A stretch of DNA of 47,523 nucleotides. Source: Cyclobacteriaceae bacterium. GTDB taxonomy: Bacteria; Bacteroidota; Bacteroidia; Cytophagales; Cyclobacteriaceae. Location of the stretch: assembly GCA_044339555.1 (NCBI GenBank), contig JBIIVI010000001.1:1-47523 (forward strand), written 5' to 3'. The translations under genes and the position numbers were made by a program. Below, one piece after another: positions 1-7,362 of the stretch (positions are counted from its first letter, which is position 1; the number at the start of each line of letters is the position of its first letter). The notes beneath the pieces are model-generated. The model searched no databases. It worked only from the letters and a program-made list of their open reading frames with translations, and had not been told where the DNA came from.

Positions 1-858
1 AATACACGGCAATCATTTGCCACTACTTTTGCTACCAGCTGGCGGCCGCCGAACGTGGCAGAGCTTTACAGTTTGGGTACCCACCAAAGCGCTGCCGCTA
101 TTGAGTACGGGCTGTTACTGGATGAGCAAACTACCCAGGTGCGCACGTTGTCCGACAAACACGCGGCTAACGAGCAGGCGTTGAAATGGGTGGGCACGTA
201 CACGATGCGATCGGCTCAATCTCAGTTCGAATTGTCTGTTTATGCGAACTATATCCAGAACTACATTTACCTGCGCCCAACGGGAATAACCGAGTCGCTG
301 CGCGGAGTTTTTCCTTACTTCCGTTACACGCAAACCAATGCTTTATTTTTGGGCGTGGATGGAAACTACTTCTACCAGTTTAATTCCAGTTGGTCGGCCC
401 GCACGCGGGTTTCGCTGCTTCGGGCCAGCGATGTACGTGCAAATGATTTCCTGATTTTTATTCCACCCAATCGTCTCGAGTTAACGCTGCGGTATGAGAA
501 ACCAACCTGGGGGACATGGACGAATTTTTATGCCGAAGTAATGCCACGTTATGTGATGCGACAGGTACGCGCCCCAAGAGTGGTAACGGTGGGCGAGATT
601 CTGGATGCAAAGGAGGCGGGTATTGATCTGTTTGCGACTGACAACCGGATTTTTGATTTTCTGGCCGCGCCTCCGGCTTATTTCTGGCTTGCAGGTGCCG
701 TGGGCATCTCAAAACCGATCAAAACGTCCCGCCTTGACCTTCGGTTGTCGGTGGAAAACGCTTTGAATCTTTCTTTTCGGGAGTATACCAACCGCATGCG
801 TTATTTCGCTGACGAAATTGGCCGAAACGTAAGTTTTTCCGCATCCTGGGCGTTTTAA
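1..858 (+). CDS. TonB-dependent receptor, C-terminal part (5'-partial)
   Basis: Frame open from base 1 (…WRPPNVAELYS…); amphipathic beta-strands, 'VENALN', 'GRNVSFSASWAF' ending in Phe, typical of OM barrels. Confidence 0.85.
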   Translation, partial: NTRQSFATTFATSWRPPNVAELYSLGTHQSAAAIEYGLLLDEQTTQVRTLSDKHAANEQALKWVGTYTMRSAQSQFELSVYANYIQNYIYLRPTGITESLRGVFPYFRYTQTNALFLGVDGNYFYQFNSSWSARTRVSLLRASDVRANDFLIFIPPNRLELTLRYEKPTWGTWTNFYAEVMPRYVMRQVRAPRVVTVGEILDAKEAGIDLFATDNRIFDFLAAPPAYFWLAGAVGISKPIKTSRLDLRLSVENALNLSFREYTNRMRYFADEIGRNVSFSASWAF

Positions 859-861
859 GGC

Positions 862-907
862 TTGATTTGTTGGAGGCCACCTCCTACATTTGCAACCATG
901 TTGCAAA
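862..907 (+). promoter_or_regulatory. Bacteroidetes housekeeping promoter (TTG 862-864, TACATTTG 885-892) overlapped by palindrome TTTGCAAC-cat-GTTGCAAA (889-907)
   Basis: TAnnTTTG consensus; perfect 8-3-8 inverted repeat. Confidence 0.6.
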
Positions 908-921
908 AATTTAAACCTTTT

Positions 922-1539
922 ATGAAAGACCTCAAAAGAATAGCGTTGTTACTGGCGATGGCCGTTAGCCTTTTAGCCTTGCAGAGTTGCGGGGATGACC
1001 CGAAACCTGAGAACATTCCTGAAATCGTGACTAGAGCCACGCTTAGGTTCGCTCCGGCTGCCGGAAGTACGGGATCTGTGGTTACTGTTACGGCATCGGA
1101 TCCCGATCGCGATGGCCCACAAGACATCCGCGTGGATGGCCCGATCAATTTGGCCAAGGGAGTAACCTATACGATGACGATTTCATTGATTAATGAATTG
1201 GTGAACCCTAATGATGACGATTACGACATCGCCAAAGAAGTGCAAGAGGAGGCGGATGAGCACATGTTCTTCTTTTCATGGACGAACAATGTCTTTTCCA
1301 ACCCTACCGGCAATGGTAACATCGACAATCGTGCAGATGCGGTGAACTACAACGACCGTGATGATAAAGGCCAGCCGTTGGGTATTTCCACCAACTGGAC
1401 AACCGCCACAACAGTGGGTGCACTCGCGGGCAAATTCAAAATCATCCTAAAGCATCAACCCGAGATTAAATCGGCTACGTCGCGAAGCACGGATGGTGAA
1501 ACCGATCTAGAGATCGAGTTTGACATCAACATGAACTAA
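922..1539 (+). CDS. Lipoprotein of the family commonly encoded next to Bacteroidetes TonB receptors (possible metal-binding)
   Basis: MKDLKRIALLLAMAVSLLALQSC lipobox; EEADEHMFFF and LKHQP…GETDLEIEF motifs; start moved downstream of the promoter box. Confidence 0.75.
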   Translation: MKDLKRIALLLAMAVSLLALQSCGDDPKPENIPEIVTRATLRFAPAAGSTGSVVTVTASDPDRDGPQDIRVDGPINLAKGVTYTMTISLINELVNPNDDDYDIAKEVQEEADEHMFFFSWTNNVFSNPTGNGNIDNRADAVNYNDRDDKGQPLGISTNWTTATTVGALAGKFKIILKHQPEIKSATSRSTDGETDLEIEFDINMN

Positions 1540-1560
1540 ATCTGCGGAAGCGGAAAAAGC

Positions 1561-1595
1561 AGAGGCTGTCTCGAAAAGGACAGCCTCTTTTTTTT
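1561..1595 (+). terminator. Rho-independent terminator
   Basis: AGAGGCTGTC/GACAGCCTCT stem followed by T-run. Confidence 0.9.
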
Positions 1596-1611
1596 ATGAT
1601 CAAACCGAACG

Positions 1612-1748
1612 CTACAATAAATCCAGAACCTTTGCCAGGCAAACCTTGACCTCGTCCAAATCTTCTTTGCTTAGCTCGCCAAGCTTTGTCATGAAGCGGT
1701 CATTTGAAATCGACTTCACTTGAAAGCGTCGGCAATGCTGTTCGATAG
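1612..1748 (-). pseudogene. PemK/MazF toxin C-terminal remnant
   Basis: Minus strand reads LSNSIAD-(frameshift)-FQVKSISNDRFMTKLGELSKEDLDEVKVCLAKVLDLL*; no N-terminus. Confidence 0.7.
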
Positions 1749-1756
1749 TATTCATT

Positions 1757-2362
1757 CTACTCTTGAATTGCTTGAACAAAGGCATTTAACCTTGGGAGTT
1801 TATCCATAAGCTGAGTTGTCTCTACACAAGCAAGCTCGTTCTTTGGATCAAGGGTAAGTATCAGTTTTACTTCACTTTCAACACTCAGGTACAGATGAAC
1901 CTGATCAAACATCTCAAAGGTTTGGTCCAACAACTTCAGTCCTTTTTTGTACCGCTCCCGGATCGTAGTTTCGTCAACACTGTGGCCGCCGTGCGCCACT
2001 CTGCGCTTGACTCGCGCTATCGCACTTTCTTCACTTGATAGTGCCAGAAAGATCATCACAGCTTGATGACCAGATTCCTTAAAACGACCAACAGTCTCTG
2101 CGATCGAATCATCGTGGTAATTGGTCTCGAATGCAAAATCAGTTGCGTTTTGTATGGCGGCATTTTTCTTGTGCAAGAACAATTCGTCCACAGAATTGCG
2201 AACCCCCTCTTCAATGGTCGGGCCAAAGCCAAACCGTCCCCAAGCAAGTTCTAGTTCTTTGTCGTAGTCGAATGCCGTTAGGTGGTAGGGCTCCAAAAAG
2301 GCAGAACTGTTAGTGGATTTGCCTGCTCCGTTCGGGCCGCCAATGATGAACAGTGTGGCCAG
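1757..2362 (-). CDS. Zeta-toxin-like / COG4185-type P-loop ATPase, CTG start
   Basis: Extending the ORF upstream gives ATLFIIGGPNGAGKST (Walker A); FAFETN and RVKRRVAHGGHSV motifs; in-frame TGA four codons above CTG at 2362. Confidence 0.8.
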   Translation of the reverse strand: MATLFIIGGPNGAGKSTNSSAFLEPYHLTAFDYDKELELAWGRFGFGPTIEEGVRNSVDELFLHKKNAAIQNATDFAFETNYHDDSIAETVGRFKESGHQAVMIFLALSSEESAIARVKRRVAHGGHSVDETTIRERYKKGLKLLDQTFEMFDQVHLYLSVESEVKLILTLDPKNELACVETTQLMDKLPRLNAFVQAIQE

Positions 2363-2366
2363 GAGA

Positions 2367-2531
2367 TTAAGTCAATGGCACCGTTTTTCTTTTCGAAGAA
2401 AACGGATCGGATGACAAAACGATTTTGCTGGTATCAACAGGCGCGATACGTTTCACAACTTTGTTAGCCCGTTCCAAAAATCCTTCAGATTCAGCAATCA
2501 ATTTTTTGAGCCGTTCTTTCTTGGTGTCCAT
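2367..2531 (-). CDS. 54-aa small protein, putative antitoxin-like partner
   Basis: MDTKKERLKKLIAESEGFLERANKVVKRIAPVDTSKIVLSSDPFSSKRKTVPLT*; TAAATTTG box 4 nt before ATG; stop 4 nt before the ATPase start. Confidence 0.6.
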   Translation of the reverse strand: MDTKKERLKKLIAESEGFLERANKVVKRIAPVDTSKIVLSSDPFSSKRKTVPLT

Positions 2532-2611
2532 GTTCCAAATTTACAAAATTACTAAACGAGAAAATGGAGATATATCACAGCTAAGGAGATATCAGAAAAA
2601 CCTCTCCTATC

Positions 2612-2644
2612 ACAAAAAAATAAAGCACTGATATACAGTGCTTT
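2612..2644 (-). terminator. Terminator of tRNA operon
   Basis: AAAGCACTG-N5-CAGTGCTTT hairpin followed by T-run on the minus strand. Confidence 0.65.
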
Positions 2645-2658
2645 GGTTACAATTCTAG

Positions 2659-2744
2659 TACCCGGGACGGGAGTTGAACCCGTACAGCCTTTAAGGGCCA
2701 CAGGATTTTAAGTCCTGCGTGTCTACCAATTCCACCACCCGGGC
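2659..2744 (-). tRNA. tRNA-Leu(UAA)
   Basis: GCCCGGG acceptor stem, CAGGA-CTTAAAA-TCCTG anticodon arm, long variable arm, GTTCAAC T-loop. Confidence 0.97.
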
Positions 2745-2794
2745 AGACCATAAAAAAAGATGCCGCACGTTACTGCGGCATTTTTTTCTTCACT

Positions 2795-2868
<74 letters not shown>

Positions 2869-2916
2869 TTACTACCCCAAATTCCTTTTAATTTGAGATG
2901 TCCCTGAAAGGGAGTG

Positions 2917-2947
2917 CAAATTTAAGCCCGCAATAACAATTTCCAAA
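2917..2947 (-). promoter_or_regulatory. Promoter of tRNA-Gly/Leu operon
   Basis: TTTG-N19-TAAATTTG, exact Bacteroidetes -33/-7 consensus. Confidence 0.8.
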
Positions 2948-2963
2948 TCTCCCTAAAAAATGT

Positions 2964-3950
2964 CTAGTCTATCGAAACAGGCTCGGGCCGGACTAAATCA
3001 GCCTTTCGAACCTGATGTGGCGTAGTGGTTTTTTCGTTCGCCAGGTGTTGGCGCAATTCCTGCGCATGGCGTTTGTTTTTGGAATACTTGATGTAATCGG
3101 GCACACCCTTTAGATCCCAAATCAGCCCCAATTTTTCGAACGCCCTGAGCACGTAGTAAGTAATGTCTACTTCCCACCAGAAAAATCCCTGGCGCCCTGC
3201 GGTTTCATAATAATGGTGGTTGTTATGCCAGCCCTCGCCCAGCGTAAGTAACGCCAGCCATACGCTGTTGCGGCTTTCGTCATTGGATTCGTAGCGCTGC
3301 GTACCCACTTTATGCATGATGGAGTTAATGGAAAACGTGGCGTGATACAATATTACCGTGCTCAAGAAAAATCCGATCAACAGCGAACTCATGCCGGCAG
3401 ATGTGAACATGAGCAAAACACTGCCGCCATTAACGTACGCGCCCAGAGCCGTAACTGCCACGGCCAGCACCACGGGTGGCACCAGGTAATTTTTATTTAA
3501 CCACACCAGCTCCGGATACCGCGCATAATCGCCAATGGTTTTGTAATCCGTTTCCTTAAAATCGGGTCCAATGATCCAGCCGATGTGCGAGTACCAAAAC
3601 CCATAAATTTTCATGGAGTGTGGATCGGCCGGGGTATCGCTATGGCGATGGTGGTGCCGATGGTGAGCCGCCCACCACAACGCGCCTTTTTGGGCCGATG
3701 TCTGCGCCATGAAGGCAATCACAAACTGAAACCAGCGCGAGGTTTTATACGACTTGTGGGCGAAGTAGCGATGGTACCCACCCGTGATCCAGAACATCCG
3801 GAACACGTAGAGAAAAACACACATCAACCAATCAAACAAACTGGCGCCTGTCCACAGTGCGGCCAGTGGAAGCAAGTGTACGATCAAAAATGAAATCTCC
3901 TGTGCTACAATGGGCTTGCGTCTTGCTTCCTTCGTTACGGCTGCCTGCAT
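2964..3950 (-). CDS. Acyl-CoA (delta-9-type) fatty acid desaturase
   Basis: His boxes HRYFAH, HRHHH, WHNNHH; likely start MQAAVTK at 3950. Confidence 0.92.
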   Translation of the reverse strand: MQAAVTKEARRKPIVAQEISFLIVHLLPLAALWTGASLFDWLMCVFLYVFRMFWITGGYHRYFAHKSYKTSRWFQFVIAFMAQTSAQKGALWWAAHHRHHHRHSDTPADPHSMKIYGFWYSHIGWIIGPDFKETDYKTIGDYARYPELVWLNKNYLVPPVVLAVAVTALGAYVNGGSVLLMFTSAGMSSLLIGFFLSTVILYHATFSINSIMHKVGTQRYESNDESRNSVWLALLTLGEGWHNNHHYYETAGRQGFFWWEVDITYYVLRAFEKLGLIWDLKGVPDYIKYSKNKRHAQELRQHLANEKTTTPHQVRKADLVRPEPVSID

Positions 3951-4109
3951 GATTACGATTTTAATCAACAATACCGAAAACAAAGTACGGCGGTTCTTTT
4001 CCATTTACCCTATGATTTCGATCAGGAAATTTTCGGTTATACCGAACGGTTGTTAGTGAAACTTTTTTCCGCAATCCCGACTTTTTGAAGTTTCTTTGTA
4101 GTTCGCTTT

Positions 4110-4739
4110 ATGAATCCGGCTCAAACCATCGCACTTTATCAACCGTTGCTACAGCGCATTGCCTATAATCTGGTGCGTTGTCAGCACGATGCGGAGGATA
4201 TCGTGCAGGAAACGTTTACGCGCTGGCTCACGGTGGATCACCAACAGATCACAAACACCCGCGCCTACCTGATTCGGGCGGTTACGAACAATTGCCTCAA
4301 TCACCTGAATGCACTGAAGCGAAAGAAAGAAGAGTACCTGGACGCATTGCACATGCCCGAGTTCCTCGTGAAGTGGAAGAAAGAAATGAATCTTCATTCC
4401 CTGGACATGGACGTAAACCTGCAAGCGGCCTTTAAAGTGCTCCACCAGAAGCTGGAGCCACTGGAACGAGCCGTTTTCGTGTTAAAAGAAGTGTTTGATT
4501 GGGATTACGATGAGTTGCAGACAGCTCTTGATAAAAAGAAAGACCACTGCCGCCAGTTGCTGGCGCGTGCCCGCAAAAAAATAAACGAAGAAACCAGCAC
4601 CCTGCATTTCGACTTACCCGATGCCCAGGGGCTAATCCAACGGTTTCGGGCATCTTGCGATATGGGCAATGCCACCGAGTACCTCCAGCAACTCAAAAAT
4701 GACATTTCGGAGGCCGTTCAGAAAAAAATCAAAAAATAG
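4110..4739 (+). CDS. ECF sigma factor, ECF41/SigJ-like, lacking most of the SnoaL-like extension
   Basis: DAEDIVQETF (region 2), LEPLERAVFVLKEVF…CRQLLARARKKI (region 4); only 209 aa. Confidence 0.85.
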   Translation: MNPAQTIALYQPLLQRIAYNLVRCQHDAEDIVQETFTRWLTVDHQQITNTRAYLIRAVTNNCLNHLNALKRKKEEYLDALHMPEFLVKWKKEMNLHSLDMDVNLQAAFKVLHQKLEPLERAVFVLKEVFDWDYDELQTALDKKKDHCRQLLARARKKINEETSTLHFDLPDAQGLIQRFRASCDMGNATEYLQQLKNDISEAVQKKIKK

Positions 4740-4750
4740 TTTCCGGGTTT

Positions 4751-4777
4751 TGTCACAAACCAAGGCCGAGGTTTGTC
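4751..4777 (+). promoter_or_regulatory. ECF41-type promoter TGTCACA-N16-TGTC upstream of the desaturase
   Basis: One mismatch to the described ECF41 consensus TGTCACA-N16-CGTC, with exact spacing. Confidence 0.7.
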
Positions 4778-4836
4778 TTACAGTTTCCAGCCCCTAAATC
4801 GGGGGTGGTGTTCTATTACTGTAACCGAACCTGACT

Positions 4837-5607
4837 ATGTGGATCATTCTCTCTTTTTTCGTTGCGCACTGGTACCTGTCGCTGTTTTTCCAAACCTTTT
4901 TCCTGCACCGGTATGCGGCCCACAAGGCGTTTACCATGAATAAAACCACTGAAAAGATATTTTTTGTTCTGACCTGGATTTTCCAAGGCTCCAACTATCT
5001 AAGTGCCTATGGCTACGGAGTGATGCACCGCATGCACCACGCTTTCGCGGATACCGAAAACGACCCGCATTCGCCTACCTACGATGAAACCATCTGGAAC
5101 ATGATGTGGAAAACCAAAACCATTTATTCCGCCATTTCCAATCGGCAGATGGTGGTAGAGTCGCGCTTCACAGACGGGGTTCCGCAGTGGGAAGCGTTCG
5201 ATAAGTTTGCCCGGTCGTGGCCTTCGCGCCTGTTCTGGGGTGCGTTGTATGTAGCATTCTATGCGCAGTTTGCCACAGCGTGGTGGCTCTGGTTGCTGTT
5301 GCCCATCCATTTCTTGATGAGCCCCATCCATGGCGCGATCATCAACTGGTTTGCGCACAAGTACGGCTACCGCAATTTTGAAGTGCGCGATACATCTAAA
5401 AACTTTTTGCCGGTTGACTTTTTGATGATGGGCGAGAGCTATCACAACAACCACCACAAGCACGGTTCACGTGCCAACTTTGGCGGCATTCGCTGGCATG
5501 AGATTGACCCGACCTATATTATCATCAAGGTGTTGAACCGTTTCGGATTCATCCAGTTGGCTAAGAAGCGCACCCTGCACGCAGAGGCGATCCAGAAGGC
5601 TGCGTAG
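4837..5607 (+). CDS. Acyl-CoA desaturase
   Basis: His boxes HRYAAH, HRMHH, YHNNHH; WHEIDPTY. Confidence 0.92.
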   Translation: MWIILSFFVAHWYLSLFFQTFFLHRYAAHKAFTMNKTTEKIFFVLTWIFQGSNYLSAYGYGVMHRMHHAFADTENDPHSPTYDETIWNMMWKTKTIYSAISNRQMVVESRFTDGVPQWEAFDKFARSWPSRLFWGALYVAFYAQFATAWWLWLLLPIHFLMSPIHGAIINWFAHKYGYRNFEVRDTSKNFLPVDFLMMGESYHNNHHKHGSRANFGGIRWHEIDPTYIIIKVLNRFGFIQLAKKRTLHAEAIQKAA

Positions 5608-5743
5608 CAGTCGCTAGTTTAGACTACATCGTATTGAGTTGTGCTATTTTTACGCAACGAAAGGGTGTCTTTCAGAATTAACCGTCTCACTTACCATTAA
5701 GAACGTCCAGCAACTCGCAAAGGTGTCGAAAACCTGTACAGAG

Positions 5744-6598
5744 TCAATTCAAACTGGTATCCACCGGCACGGGTAGTTCGCCCATCCCCATGCGATCGCA
5801 TTTCATCAACAAGTCTTGCAAGTCAGCTCCTTTTCCACGCAACGGGTCGATGGCCTTTACCAATTGCGTGCGTATTTGGAAGAGTTCCTCACGATCAAAT
5901 TTTTTTGAGCCCTTCACTAGGTCCAATTGATTCAATGCTTTTTGTTGGTTTTGTTTCGGATTAAACATGCCATTTAACTCTGAACACTGATTACACACGC
6001 CCTTCTTGTGAATCAACGCACAGCGATTGTCAAAAATGTCCATCATCGTGTGGCGAGCATCTTGCAACAGGTGCTTTGCCACATCTTGCGATTTATCGAT
6101 GATCACCGAAATTTCCTTCACCGAGAAATCATAAATGTCTTTTAAGATAAGCGCTACTTGTTTTTCAATCGCCAGCGTTTTACCCATACACGTAAAACAA
6201 TGGTCGATGTGGTCGCGCAGCTCAAACGTACACTCGGGTGATTCTTGCCCGGCTTTGATAATAGTGTTACGAACCGTTTCATTGCTCATCACTATGCCTT
6301 TGGCAATTTCTTTCGTGTTCACTGTCCAGCGTTTAAATTTTCGTAAGTGGTCGTAGGCCAGATGGGTAGCAATTTGGAACATCCATGTTTTAAAAGATGA
6401 GTTGCCTTTAAAGGTGGAGACTTTATCAAATCCGCGGATGAACGCATCATGAGCAATGTCTTCCGCATCTTCGCGACTAGTTACCAACCGGTATAAATAC
6501 GATTTTAGCTGTGGCTGGAACTCCGCGTATAGTTTCTGAAACGAATGTATATCGCCACTCATAGCGAGTCTTAAGGTTTGTTCGTTGGCCGCTTCCAT
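5744..6598 (-). CDS. ECF sigma factor with Cys-rich C-terminal extension
   Basis: DAEDIAHDAF, SSFKTWMFQIA, region-4 HTH; HCFTC and RCALIHKKGVCNQC. Confidence 0.88.
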   Translation of the reverse strand: MEAANEQTLRLAMSGDIHSFQKLYAEFQPQLKSYLYRLVTSREDAEDIAHDAFIRGFDKVSTFKGNSSFKTWMFQIATHLAYDHLRKFKRWTVNTKEIAKGIVMSNETVRNTIIKAGQESPECTFELRDHIDHCFTCMGKTLAIEKQVALILKDIYDFSVKEISVIIDKSQDVAKHLLQDARHTMMDIFDNRCALIHKKGVCNQCSELNGMFNPKQNQQKALNQLDLVKGSKKFDREELFQIRTQLVKAIDPLRGKGADLQDLLMKCDRMGMGELPVPVDTSLN

Positions 6599-6675
6599 AA
6601 TTCAAAGTTAGTGAAGTTCAAGAAAGGGCGTCAGACACCTTGAAGGTGTCATGACACCGATATCTTTACTTGATC

Positions 6676-7264
6676 TCATTGCTTAACTACTGCCGGGGTT
6701 AGTTTGGTGGGCCGCTTCTCGGGCGAGCACATGTCATTGTCGGCAGGCCTTTCGCCAAAGTAGAGTTTGCCCTCTTTGTCAATCGAAAGCAAATCGTGGT
6801 CGCCTGGACAGTTAGCCACTGACTTCCACGCAGAACACCCGGTTAATGAAATATCTTTTTCTATATCCTTGGTTATGTTGCACGAGGCAAATCCAAATAC
6901 CTGGATCAGTTGTTGATCGTCTGTTTTCAAAGTCACCCATTTTTTTGTCTTCATAGAAAACCGCATTGTATGCGTGATCAACCGCTTTCGACTTGTCTAA
7001 TACTTTGTATGTGCCTGCGGTGCGAAAAGTAAACACCTGCATTTTCAATTCTGGATCGAGCCCCAAGGTGAAGAGTAACGTCCACTTGCCCTTATCGAAG
7101 GTAAAGACGCGCTTACCCCACGCTTTGCCGTAACTGTAAGGAGCAGGGTCGGCATAGGTGCCCGATAATTTTTCCAAAGCTGCCTTATCATCAGCTGGTT
7201 TGGTAAAGCCGAACATGAGAGCGATGGCTACCATCAGCCCTGCAGAAAGCAACAGGTTTTTCAT
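6676..7264 (-). pseudogene. Secreted APCDD1-like protein, split by one extra A in an A7 run (6940-6946)
   Basis: Two overlapping ORFs join (…FYEDKK|WVTLKT…) if A7 is read as A6; signal peptide; GTYKV…S..V…, DISLTGC and LYFGERP…KRPT motifs recalled from APCDD1 domains. Confidence 0.7.
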
Positions 7265-7362
7265 ATTGTTTTGGTTGGTTTCTCGTTCAGACGAACGAGA
7301 CGGCAAAAACGGGCGGAAAAACATGCGATGGCCTTATCATTTTTCAAACGAACACAATCGTG

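Noticed and set aside
1596-2658. Integrative element at tRNA-Leu with att duplication
   Set aside because: No copy of the tRNA 3' end found at the far side and no integrase; only called an islet
2752-2788. Novel RNA between the tRNAs
   Set aside because: Simple ATGCCGCA/TGCGGCAT hairpin with A/T flanks, consistent with a terminator or processing stem
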